Virus record (IMG/VR): IMGVR_UViG_3300046490_000097 | Span: 1-35,448 of that record | Origin: a virus | Lineage: Duplodnaviria > Caudoviricetes | Length of the DNA: 35,448 nucleotides | Reading direction: 5' to 3' (one strand) | Shown: piece by piece, positions 1-7,602 of the stretch | How positions within the stretch are numbered: the stretch's first letter is position 1 | Layout of the letters: each line of letters starts with the position of its first letter | Notes under the pieces: generated by a model | What the model was told of the DNA's origin: nothing | Seen by the model: only the letters and a program-made list of their open reading frames with translations | The model's database searches: none | Made by a program: the position numbers and the translations under genes

Positions 1-275
1 TCAGGGCCTCCGGCTCCGCGTCGGTCACGGCCTACGGCTCCGCGTCGGTCACGGCCTCCGGCTCCGCGTCGGTCAGGGCCTCCGACACCGCGTCGGTCAC
101 GGCCTCCGGCTCCGCGTCGGTCACGGCCTCCGGCTCCGCGTCGGTCACGGCCTACGGCTCCGCGTCGGTCACGGCCACGCGCTCCGCGTCGGTCAGGGCC
201 TCCGGCTCCGCGTCGGTCACGGCCTCCGACACCGCGTCGGTCAGGGCCTCCGACACCGCGTCGGTCACGGCCACG
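1..275 (+). repeat. 24-nt coding tandem repeat, peptide V(T/R)A(S/Y/T)(G/D/R)(S/T)AS
   Basis: GCGTCGGTCA recurs every 24 nt at 18, 42, ... 258 (11 copies), with two more at 35415 and 35439. Confidence 0.95.
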
Positions 276-776
276 CCGTTCGTGGCCGTCCACCGCCGGG
301 TGCGCGACGCGGCGCTCGTCAGCGTCACCGGCGGCGTCCTCATCGAGGTCCCCGAGTGCGATACGCCCGAGTCCTGGTGCCGATACCACGGCATCGAGCC
401 CGACGCCGAGGGGCGGGTGGTCATCCACAAGGCCGTGGACGACGACTGGTCCACGGACAACGCCCGGCGCAGGAAGATCGCCTACGCCCCCGGCACCACG
501 GCGGAGGCCCGGGACTGGAAGCCCACCCCGGCCTGCGGGAACGGGCTCCACGCCAGCGCGACGCCGCACGAGGCGCTCGCGTACAACGAGGCCGCCACCC
601 GGTTCGTGCAGGTCCGCGCCCCGATGGCCTCGCTGGTCGTCATCGACGAGACGAAGGTCAAGGCGCCGGCGTTCGAGGCCCTGCTGGCGGTGGACGTCCA
701 CGGCGTCCCGCTGGCGGTGCAGCCCGAGGCCCCTGCCCCCAAGGCGAAGCGCATTCGGAAGGCGGCGGCCAAGTGA
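3..776 (+). CDS. C-terminal part of octapeptide-repeat protein (N-terminus at 35286..35448), with a C-terminal globular domain
   Basis: Frame 3 is open from base 3: RASGSASVTAYGSASVTASGSASV... runs into ORF 282..776, which contains DWKPTPACGNGLHASATP. Confidence 0.85.
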   Translation, partial: RASGSASVTAYGSASVTASGSASVRASDTASVTASGSASVTASGSASVTAYGSASVTATRSASVRASGSASVTASDTASVRASDTASVTATPFVAVHRRVRDAALVSVTGGVLIEVPECDTPESWCRYHGIEPDAEGRVVIHKAVDDDWSTDNARRRKIAYAPGTTAEARDWKPTPACGNGLHASATPHEALAYNEAATRFVQVRAPMASLVVIDETKVKAPAFEALLAVDVHGVPLAVQPEAPAPKAKRIRKAAAK

Positions 777-1609
777 GCGATCCCGTGCGCATCCCCGGGC
801 TGCTCGACATCTCCATCGAGCCGCCGTTCGTCCGCAGCCAGCAGGTCGAGGACCTCGCCGCGGAGGTGATCGCCGCCTTCGACGAGTTCGAGCCCATCCA
901 GACGGCCCAGCGCGAGTGCGGGCTGTCCATCGAGTACGTCTGGGAGACCAAGCCCTTCGACCCGGCGCGCGACGAGTACCACGCGCACGTCGTCGCCAAA
1001 GTGACCAAGGCTAGCCCGCTGTGGCTCTCCCTGACGGACACCCACCTCGTGGTCCAGTTCCGCCGCTGGTTCTGGGAGCGCTTCGACGACTCGCAGCGCC
1101 GCGCCGTGCTGCACCACGAGCTCACGCACGTCGAGGTGGACGAGCCCGACGACCAGGGCCGCATCCCGGTGCGCCTGCGCAAGCACGACGTCGAGGACTT
1201 CACGCAGACGATGCGCCGGTTCGGTCCGGTCATCCCCGGGCGGAGGGCGTTCATCGCCGCGGCCACCGAGTGGGGACGCGAGCACCCGGGCGCGCTGGGC
1301 GAGGGCACCGCGGCCCACGAGGACGCCTTCGGCCACCAGGTGGCGGAGGAGGTCGCGCGCCGGATCAATGCCGGCGAGATGGACACCGCGGACGCCACCG
1401 CCACGGCGACCGTGTCGCACTCGCCGATGGTCGTGGACGCCGAGACCGGCGAGATCCTGTCCCGCGGCGACGACCCCGACGAGGTCCTGCACCGGATCGA
1501 GCGCCGCCCTGACCACCTGGCCGTGCTCGGCTCCGACGAGGGCCAGGAGGCGCTGCGCGGGGCCGCCCGCAAGGCTGCCGAGTCCCGCAGAAGGGCGGTC
1601 GAGCCGTGA
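773..1609 (+). CDS. Phage putative metallopeptidase (HExxH)
   Basis: GTG overlaps the upstream TGA. Motifs W..FDDSQRRAVLHHELTH and LRKHDVEDF...RFG are typical of the phage metallopeptidase-like family. Confidence 0.8.
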   Translation: MSDPVRIPGLLDISIEPPFVRSQQVEDLAAEVIAAFDEFEPIQTAQRECGLSIEYVWETKPFDPARDEYHAHVVAKVTKASPLWLSLTDTHLVVQFRRWFWERFDDSQRRAVLHHELTHVEVDEPDDQGRIPVRLRKHDVEDFTQTMRRFGPVIPGRRAFIAAATEWGREHPGALGEGTAAHEDAFGHQVAEEVARRINAGEMDTADATATATVSHSPMVVDAETGEILSRGDDPDEVLHRIERRPDHLAVLGSDEGQEALRGAARKAAESRRRAVEP

Positions 1610-1758
1610 CCCCGCTTGCAATCGCCGCGGTCGGCCTGTTCCTCGCCTTCACGGCACTCGCGGTCCTGCTGCTCGCGCCCACGGCCGACCAGCGGGACGC
1701 GCGCAGGCGCTCCGAGCCCCCGCGCTACTGGCGCGACCAGGCGCGGAGGATCCGGTGA
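1606..1758 (+). CDS. Small membrane protein (50 aa)
   Basis: Read by hand: VTPLAIAAVGLFLAFTALAVLLLAPTADQRDARRR...RRIR*. GTGA overlaps at both ends. Confidence 0.7.
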   Translation: MTPLAIAAVGLFLAFTALAVLLLAPTADQRDARRRSEPPRYWRDQARRIR

Positions 1759-1970
1759 GCCTGCTGTCGCTGGACGACGTGTGGCCGGGCTCCCCGCAGT
1801 CCGCCGTGTTCCGCGTCGGGGCCGCGACCGCCGACGAGGCCAACGCGCTCGCCAAGGCCGAGTCCCGCGAGCTCGGGTTCCAGACCAAGACGCGCGGCTA
1901 CACCGTCGAGGTCGAGCCCGGCGTCTGGCACGTCGAGCTGCGGGTCAGGACCGCGGGGGTTGCGCCGTGA
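1755..1970 (+). CDS. Hypothetical protein
   Basis: GGAGG RBS, GTGA overlaps at both ends, GC3-rich codons. Confidence 0.7.
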   Translation: MSLLSLDDVWPGSPQSAVFRVGAATADEANALAKAESRELGFQTKTRGYTVEVEPGVWHVELRVRTAGVAP

Positions 1971-2320
1971 GCCGCCTCATGTCCGTGTCCCTGACGGAGC
2001 AGGCCGTGGTGGATCGCCGCAAGACCGTGACCCGCCGGAAGGGCTGGCTGTTCCTCAAGCCGGGCGACCGGCTGACGCTCTGCCGCAAGGTCATGGGGCG
2101 CAAGCCGGGCGAGCCGCTGGTGAGGCTGGCCGAGGTCGAGGTGGTCAGCGTCCGCCGCGAGCTGCTCGATGCCATGCCAATCGGAGACGTCGAGCGCGAG
2201 GGCTTCACCGGCTGGTGGCGCACCGACTTCATCTGGTTCTTCTGCCAGCACATGAAGGTCACCCCGCAGACCGAGGTCACCCGGATCGAGTGGCGCTACC
2301 TCCCCGAGGTTGCGTCGTGA
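1967..2320 (+). CDS. ASCH/PUA-like domain protein
   Basis: Contains VVDRRKTVTRRKGW..LKPGD and VEVVSVRRE.L......DVEREGF, an ASCH-type signature. Confidence 0.8.
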   Translation: MSRLMSVSLTEQAVVDRRKTVTRRKGWLFLKPGDRLTLCRKVMGRKPGEPLVRLAEVEVVSVRRELLDAMPIGDVEREGFTGWWRTDFIWFFCQHMKVTPQTEVTRIEWRYLPEVAS

Positions 2321-2607
2321 TCGTCAGGGACGCGCGCCGGCGAGAGTCGGAGAACACGCCCTGGACGCCGTGGCTGTCCTCCCCGTCCTCGGGCGGCGCC
2401 TCGGTCCCGGTGCCGCTCGCGTCGGGCAACGTCGCGTCGCAGCGTCGCCACCGCCAGCGCGTCAGGATCGCCCGAGTGCCCGCACCGCGCCCCGTGGTGG
2501 CCTGCACGGTGTGCTCCGCGCCCTGTGAGCAGGGACGGGGCGAGCCGCGCCTCTACTGCGGAACCACGTGCCGCCAGCGGGCGTACCGGACCCGGCGGGA
2601 CGCCTGA
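2317..2607 (+). CDS. Zinc-finger protein
   Basis: C-terminal CTVC...YCGTTCRQRAYR. The start overlaps the upstream stop. Confidence 0.65.
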   Translation: MIVRDARRRESENTPWTPWLSSPSSGGASVPVPLASGNVASQRRHRQRVRIARVPAPRPVVACTVCSAPCEQGRGEPRLYCGTTCRQRAYRTRRDA

Positions 2608-2608
2608 G

Positions 2609-3181
2609 ATGCCCGCCCTCGTCATGCGCGGCCGGTACCTCATGCGCGAGTTCTGGTCGGACTCCGACCTGTTCCTCAAGCTCGACGCGCAGACCCGAGA
2701 GGTCTACATGGGCCTCTGGATGCTCGCCGACGACGACGGATGGCTGCCGAGGGACGTCCCGGGCATCGCCGCGGCGCTCTTCCGCTACATGGACCGCGAG
2801 CCTCGGGAGCGCCTGGTCACCGAATCGCTGTCGATGCTGGGACGGCTGGGCAAGGTTCAGAGCCTCAGGTGCTGCCTTTTCTGTCCGAGCGTCGCCAGAT
2901 ACCCCCGCGCGGGCAAGAAAAGCGCGTCGCACCACGACGACCACCGTCTGCATCAAACGCATTCAAACCAAACTGATGCAAAACCCCGAGCACATTCAAA
3001 GCCTTTTGAACCCATTCAAACGGATTTGAACCCCTCTCCCGTCGTTAACCCTTCCCTTCCTGACCCGTCGTCGCGCACGGGCGCGCCCGCGAGGGGCGGC
3101 GCGCCGAGCGCCATCACCGAGAGCGACTTCCGCAGCCTGGTGCCCATCGAGATGGCGCTCGGCAAGAAGGCCGCCTCGTGA
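2609..3181 (+). CDS. Phage replication initiator (replisome organizer-like)
   Basis: N-terminal REFWSD...LDAQTREVYMGLWMLADDDG is an initiator-type wHTH pattern. The gene contains an internal AT-rich repeat tract. Confidence 0.75.
   Translation: MPALVMRGRYLMREFWSDSDLFLKLDAQTREVYMGLWMLADDDGWLPRDVPGIAAALFRYMDREPRERLVTESLSMLGRLGKVQSLRCCLFCPSVARYPRAGKKSASHHDDHRLHQTHSNQTDAKPRAHSKPFEPIQTDLNPSPVVNPSLPDPSSRTGAPARGGAPSAITESDFRSLVPIEMALGKKAAS
2951..3032. promoter_or_regulatory. Putative replication origin (iterons) inside the initiator gene
   Basis: AT-rich island with CATTCAAA at 2960, 2993 and 3013. Two tandem 20-mers CATTCAAA-N4-TTTGAACC each contain the palindrome TTCAAA-N4-TTTGAA. Confidence 0.75.
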
Positions 3182-3378
3182 CCGCCGAGAGGGTGTGCGC
3201 CGTCTGCGGGCACGACCGCCGCGCCGACCTCGAGGCGTCCTGGGTCCGCTGGCTGTCCTCCGGCAGGGAGCGCCACGAGGCCGCCACCCGCTGCACCGAC
3301 CGCTCCGCCTGCCGGGCACGCGTCGAGGCCGCCGACGACGAGTGGTGGCCGATCGACGCCGAGGGGGCGAAGCCGTGA
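3178..3378 (+). CDS. Small Cys-rich hypothetical protein
   Basis: CAVC...RCTDRSAC motif, with overlapping start and stop codons. Confidence 0.7.
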   Translation: MTAERVCAVCGHDRRADLEASWVRWLSSGRERHEAATRCTDRSACRARVEAADDEWWPIDAEGAKP

Positions 3379-3677
3379 CGCTCCGCCGACGGTCGCCCAT
3401 CGCCCCATCCCGGGGGACCGTCATCGAGCCGCGCGTCAGGCAGGCCGTCCGCGAACGGGACCGCGGCTGCGTCGGGGCCCGTCTCGGATGGCCCGGTCCG
3501 CACGACACGGCGCTCGAGCTCGACCACGTCAGGGCCTCGGGCGGCATGGGGATGAAGAGCCGCGGCACGGAGGACAACCTCGTCTCGCTGTGCCTGGCGT
3601 GCCACTGGTGGAAGACCGAGCACGGCCGGGAGGCCCGGCCCCAGCTCGTCGCCTATCTCGAAGGGGTGAACGAATGA
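3375..3677 (+). CDS. HNH endonuclease
   Basis: VRERDRGC...LELDHVR...NLVSLCLACH. Confidence 0.85.
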   Translation: MTLRRRSPIAPSRGTVIEPRVRQAVRERDRGCVGARLGWPGPHDTALELDHVRASGGMGMKSRGTEDNLVSLCLACHWWKTEHGREARPQLVAYLEGVNE

Positions 3678-3994
3678 ACGCCTACCGTGTCCCCGAGATC
3701 GCCGCCGCGGTCTGCCCGCACCAGGTCCGCCTCGACCGCTGGTGCCCCGCCTGCTCCGACGCCGACCCGCTGCGGCCCGCCGATACGGACCGTGGCGAGT
3801 GCCCGGCCTGCCACCACCCCGACCACGACCCCGGCTCGTGCGAGTGGTGCCCGCGCTGCGAACTCCACACCGACGACGCCCGCGAGTGGCTGGATCGCAT
3901 CGAGCCGAGCGGCCTCCGCGTCCCAGCCGGCTGGGTCGCCGTCGCGCTGCTCGCGGGCCTCGCCCTGGGGCTGCTGATCGGACGGCTGGCGTGA
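3674..3994 (+). CDS. Cys/His-rich protein with C-terminal transmembrane helix
   Basis: ATGA overlap; CPACHHPDHDPGSCEWCPRC; hydrophobic C-terminus. Confidence 0.75.
   Translation: MNAYRVPEIAAAVCPHQVRLDRWCPACSDADPLRPADTDRGECPACHHPDHDPGSCEWCPRCELHTDDAREWLDRIEPSGLRVPAGWVAVALLAGLALGLLIGRLA
3800..3881 (+). repeat. 82-bp exact direct repeat, copy 1 (copy 2 at 5692..5773)
   Basis: TGCCCGGCCTGCCACCACC...ACCGACGACGCCC is identical in both copies by eye. Confidence 0.95.
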
Positions 3995-4617
3995 GCGGCC
4001 CCGATCCCCGACCCCTGACGCCGGAGGACGCGCTTCGGGAATGCATCGATCGGCTAGAGCGCTCGTCATCGCTGTTCAAGTCAGCGATGGGTCTTGCCCT
4101 CGACGCCGACGAGTTGATCCTCGACAAGGCGTTCGATGACGAGCGGTTCGCCATCGATGGCGTCGTGACGCGCGCTAACGCCACCCTCGACGCCGAGCGC
4201 GCCTCCCGCGAGGGCACCGACTGCACCGCATGCGGCTCGACCCTCGCCAACTGCCGCTCGCTCGCCCCAAGCGGGTGCTGCGGCCTCCACGACCACACTC
4301 CCGCCGAGCGCGCCCCTGTCGCGCCTCACCCCGACGAGAACCACGAGTTCCGCACGGCCTGCCTCCGCTGCGGCGAGCCGGGCAGCCTGTTCGTCTCCGT
4401 CCTCGCGCCGGGCGAGACGATGACGCTCAACCCGGCCCCGGCCGCCCTCGCCCCCGCCACCCCCGCCGACCGCGTCGAGGCCCCCCGTGACCAGCCCCGA
4501 TCCCCGACCCCTGACGCCCAACGAGGAGAGACTGCTCCGGTTCATGTGGCCGCAATGGCGGCAAAGCCGCAGCATCGGCGGGGCCCCCATCGACATGGGA
4601 CCCGTCGAAGTCGTTGA
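3991..4617 (+). CDS. Modular array gene 1 (SGPDPRPLT start; two Cys-rich modules)
   Basis: GTGA overlap and shared start motif. The frame reads past the EAPR junction at 4487 and overlaps gene 2 by about 130 nt. Confidence 0.7.
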   Translation: MSGPDPRPLTPEDALRECIDRLERSSSLFKSAMGLALDADELILDKAFDDERFAIDGVVTRANATLDAERASREGTDCTACGSTLANCRSLAPSGCCGLHDHTPAERAPVAPHPDENHEFRTACLRCGEPGSLFVSVLAPGETMTLNPAPAALAPATPADRVEAPRDQPRSPTPDAQRGETAPVHVAAMAAKPQHRRGPHRHGTRRSR

Positions 4618-4795
4618 CCGCCTTCTCGCCACCCTCGACGCCGAGCGCGCCCCCCGCGAGAGGGAGGGCGGGACGCTCTGCGAGTGCTCGCTAGTCGGCG
4701 TCCACGTCCACTCGTTCCGAGGCCCGCACCGCTTCCGCGAGTGGGACCCGGACGGCTCCGCAGCCATCAATGAACTCAGGGAGGCCAAGCCGTGA
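4487..4795 (+). CDS. Modular array gene 2 (TSPDPRPLT start)
   Basis: GAGG RBS plus GTG, shared start motif, TLDAERAPRE linker. Confidence 0.8.
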   Translation: MTSPDPRPLTPNEERLLRFMWPQWRQSRSIGGAPIDMGPVEVVDRLLATLDAERAPREREGGTLCECSLVGVHVHSFRGPHRFREWDPDGSAAINELREAKP

Positions 4796-5073
4796 CTAGC
4801 CCCGATCCCCGACAGGCTCTCGCGGCGCTCTTGGAGGCCGAGGGTTGGGAGCCCGAGTCGAACGTGTGCGCCGGGTGCGGCCACCCCGGAGGCGATCACG
4901 ACCTCAACAACTGGTGCCTGACCTGCCCTCGACCCGACCACGCCGGGCACGGCTTCACCGCGAAGATCGACGCCGGTTGGGACTACTTCTCGTCGTTCAG
5001 CCGCCGCGATCTGTGGGACCACGCCGTCGCCCGCCTCGTCGCCGTCGGCGTCACCGTGGAGGAACACCCGTGA
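4792..5073 (+). CDS. Modular array gene 3 (TSPDPR start; CxxC/His module)
   Basis: GGAGG RBS, GTGA overlap, shared start motif. Confidence 0.8.
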   Translation: MTSPDPRQALAALLEAEGWEPESNVCAGCGHPGGDHDLNNWCLTCPRPDHAGHGFTAKIDAGWDYFSSFSRRDLWDHAVARLVAVGVTVEEHP

Positions 5074-5483
5074 CCAGCCCCGATCCCCGACCCCTGACCG
5101 CGGAGGAGGTCATGCGTGCCGCGTGGGAGCGCGACATCCACACGCCGCACTCGATCCTCCGTCGCATCGAGCAGATGGGCTACACCATCGTCCCCGCCGA
5201 GCGCGCCCCCCGCGAGGGGGACGCCGACGAAGTCCTTGCCCGCCTCCGAAGCACCACCGACGCGGAGGTCAGGGATCGCACGGCGCTGCTCGACGCTGAG
5301 ATCGTCCGCTTCCGGAAGGCGCTGCGGGCCTACTTCAAGGCGGTTGACGACATCCGTGACGCTGGCGAGGCCCGAGGGGGCGATCCCGGCCTCATCTCGG
5401 CCATGTACCGGAACGCCGGGAAGCGGCAGCGAGAAGCCGAGGCGATCCTCCGCGCCGCCATCAAGGAGGCCCCCCGTGGCTAG
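5070..5483 (+). CDS. Modular array gene 4 (TSPDPRPLT start)
   Basis: GGAGG RBS, GTGA overlap, PAERAPREG linker, ends KEAPRG*. Confidence 0.8.
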   Translation: MTSPDPRPLTAEEVMRAAWERDIHTPHSILRRIEQMGYTIVPAERAPREGDADEVLARLRSTTDAEVRDRTALLDAEIVRFRKALRAYFKAVDDIRDAGEARGGDPGLISAMYRNAGKRQREAEAILRAAIKEAPRG

Positions 5484-6246
5484 CCCCGATCCCCGACCCC
5501 TGACCATGACCGACGACGAGGCGCACGACTACCTGCTCACCCTCGCCAACCTAGCGCCCATCCCCGATGCCGGTCGCCTCGGAGCCGCCATCCGAGCCAT
5601 CCGTGCGAAGGCCATCACCGACTGCAAGGAGTGGGGCCTCGACGCCGAGCGCGCCGCCCCCGCTGGCCTAGGACCGCTCGTGGACGACGGCTGCCCGGCC
5701 TGCCACCACCCCGACCACGACCCCGGCTCGTGCGAGTGGTGCCCGCGCTGCGAACTCCACACCGACGACGCCCTGTCGTGGGTCGAGCGGATCGACCCCG
5801 CCCTGCTGGTCGAGCGCGCCGCCCGCGCTGGAGACGGGCTGCGGGAGGCGGCACTTCACGCGGCGTACATCGCGGAGTCCTGTGGCGACCTGTACCACCA
5901 CCCCGGATGCAAGGAGGCGGGCCAGAGACTCCGCGCCGCGATCCCGAAGGAGGCCCCCCGTGACTACGTCGTCAGGGTAGAGGTCGAGCTGCACGAGGCG
6001 GAGATGGCCGCTGCGGGCCGCGAGGACGACCCGAGCCAGTGGGGCTTCCGGGAGATCGCACGGGCGGTCGAGGAGGGCGTCGCCAGCGCGGAGGCGGTGG
6101 GGCGGCCGTCGCCGATGAGCGAGGGCGAGGCCGCCGTGCTCGAGCGGATGGCGACGGCGCTCCGCGCCTGCGGCGCGTACTTCCCGCGGGACGACCCGCA
6201 CGCCTACGCCGGCCGTCTGCTGGCCGAGATGAGAGGAGCGACCTGA
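5476..6246 (+). CDS. Modular array gene 5 (ASPDPRPLT start; four fused modules)
   Basis: AAGGAGG RBS. Contains LDAERAA and VERAAR linkers, the 82-bp duplicated module and an internal KEAPRD junction. Confidence 0.75.
   Translation: MASPDPRPLTMTDDEAHDYLLTLANLAPIPDAGRLGAAIRAIRAKAITDCKEWGLDAERAAPAGLGPLVDDGCPACHHPDHDPGSCEWCPRCELHTDDALSWVERIDPALLVERAARAGDGLREAALHAAYIAESCGDLYHHPGCKEAGQRLRAAIPKEAPRDYVVRVEVELHEAEMAAAGREDDPSQWGFREIARAVEEGVASAEAVGRPSPMSEGEAAVLERMATALRACGAYFPRDDPHAYAGRLLAEMRGAT
5692..5773 (+). repeat. 82-bp exact direct repeat, copy 2
   Basis: Identical to 3800..3881 and encodes the same peptide. Confidence 0.95.
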
Positions 6247-6247
6247 A

Positions 6248-6475
6248 ATGCCCTTCGTGATGATGGACACGACCGACCCGGTGATCGCCAACACGGCGAT
6301 CGACGACCCGTTCGGCCCGTGCTTCAGCCGAGCGCTGGCCGCGAAGGCCGACCGGCTCGTCGTGCGCGGCTCGTCCGTCGGGGACCCCGGCGGCGACTAC
6401 GTCGAGTTCGAGCTGCTGGTGCGCACGACCGCCGGCGAGAGCACGATCGCCAAGCGGCGCGTGCTGGGGTACTGA
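6248..6475 (+). CDS. Hypothetical protein
   Basis: GAGGAG RBS and ATG just after the upstream stop. Confidence 0.7.
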   Translation: MPFVMMDTTDPVIANTAIDDPFGPCFSRALAAKADRLVVRGSSVGDPGGDYVEFELLVRTTAGESTIAKRRVLGY

Positions 6476-6476
6476 C

Positions 6477-6923
6477 ATGGCACACGAGGTTCCCGACCCG
6501 CCCACGCAGGACGGGTGCACCGGCTGCGGCGCAGACCTGCGTCACGGCCTCTCCGTCGGCGATCGCGTCCTCGTCGTCGCGCCGCACACGGCCCGGATGG
6601 CCGCGACCGTCATCGGGCTCTCGCTCGACACGGCCGACCTGATGGTCGACGGTCGCGACTACCCGCTCGGCCACGTCCACTGCAAGTGGCTCGTGCCCGC
6701 CGACGAGCCCGCCGAGACCGTCTGCCGGTTCAGCGACGAGGACGACGGCGCGTGGTGCGGCCATCCGCTCGCCGAGCACCGCGTACAGCACGCGACCGCG
6801 GTGGCCGAGAGCTTCCCGAGCGACGTGCTCGGCCGCTGCCACGAGCCCGGCGCAGACCACGCGTGGTACCACCGCCACGGCTCGCGGTGGGTGCGACCGG
6901 CCGAGGACAGGGGGTTCGCGTGA
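6477..6923 (+). CDS. Hypothetical Cys/His-containing protein
   Basis: Fills the gap between neighbours; GC3-rich codon usage. Confidence 0.65.
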   Translation: MAHEVPDPPTQDGCTGCGADLRHGLSVGDRVLVVAPHTARMAATVIGLSLDTADLMVDGRDYPLGHVHCKWLVPADEPAETVCRFSDEDDGAWCGHPLAEHRVQHATAVAESFPSDVLGRCHEPGADHAWYHRHGSRWVRPAEDRGFA

Positions 6924-7183
6924 CCCTCACCGCCCGCCAGTCCGAGGCCCTGCGCCTCCTCGCATCGGGGCTCCGGGACAAGGAGATCGCCGCCTCGATG
7001 GGCGTGACGCTGAACACCGTCAAGGCCCTGCTGATGGACGCCCGCGCCCGCCTCGGGATGCTGGGCGCCACCCGCGTCGAGCTGGCCTCCGCGTACTCGG
7101 GCGGTGCGGGCAACCCCGGCGCCGGGGCTCCAGCCGTTTCGTCCGGAAGACCGGGCACCCGCGCCGCCCGGGCCGAGCCGTAG
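6920..7183 (+). CDS. LuxR-family HTH regulator (stand-alone)
   Basis: LTARQSEALRLLASGLRDKEIAASMGVTLNTVKALL. Confidence 0.85.
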   Translation: MTLTARQSEALRLLASGLRDKEIAASMGVTLNTVKALLMDARARLGMLGATRVELASAYSGGAGNPGAGAPAVSSGRPGTRAARAEP

Positions 7184-7184
7184 C

Positions 7185-7391
7185 GTGGTCGTCCTGCACC
7201 CCCTGACCGCCCGCGAGGCCGAGGTGGCCGAGCTCGTCCGCATGGGCCTGTCCAACGGCCAGATCGCCGCCGAGCTCGTCATCGAGGAGCGGACCGTCCG
7301 CGCCCACGTCAGCGCCGTCCTGCACAAGTGGGCGCTCGACGGCCGGGTGGACATCGCCCGCGTGGCGACCGAGGAGCGGCTGCACCGGTGA
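7185..7391 (+). CDS. LuxR-family HTH regulator (stand-alone)
   Basis: LTAREAEVAELVRMGLSNGQIAAELVIEERTVRAHVSAVLHK. Confidence 0.88.
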   Translation: MVVLHPLTAREAEVAELVRMGLSNGQIAAELVIEERTVRAHVSAVLHKWALDGRVDIARVATEERLHR

Positions 7392-7567
7392 GCGCCTTCC
7401 TGACCCTCGACGAGGCGGCCGCCGAGCTGCGCGTGTCGCGCCGGTCGGTGGAGCGCCTGGTGCGCTCGGGGCGGATCCGCGTCGTGCGCCCGTCGCCGGG
7501 CAGGGTCGCGGTAGAGCGCCGCGAGATGGACGCCTACATCGCGTGGATGCGCCGCTCGGCGGCGTAG
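7388..7567 (+). CDS. xis: Excisionase (Xis-like HTH)
   Basis: FLTLDEAAAELRVSRRSVERLVRSGRI, located upstream of the integrase. Confidence 0.75.
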   Translation: MSAFLTLDEAAAELRVSRRSVERLVRSGRIRVVRPSPGRVAVERREMDAYIAWMRRSAA

Positions 7568-7602
7568 ATGAGTTCCATTCAGGGAACCGACACAGAGAAG
7601 GG

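Noticed and set aside
1-275. CRISPR array
   Set aside because: The units are contiguous 24-mers with no unique spacers, they encode an in-frame peptide repeat, and no cas genes are present.
3991-5504. Integron cassettes or invertible shufflon
   Set aside because: The repeats are direct, coding and non-palindromic, with no attC-like structure. The only site-specific recombinase has its own attP.
3800-5773. Diversity-generating retroelement TR/VR pair
   Set aside because: The two copies are identical with no adenine-specific mismatches, and no reverse transcriptase is recognisable.
7098-7170. Hammerhead ribozyme on the minus strand (GACGAAAC present)
   Set aside because: The CUGANGA core is absent.
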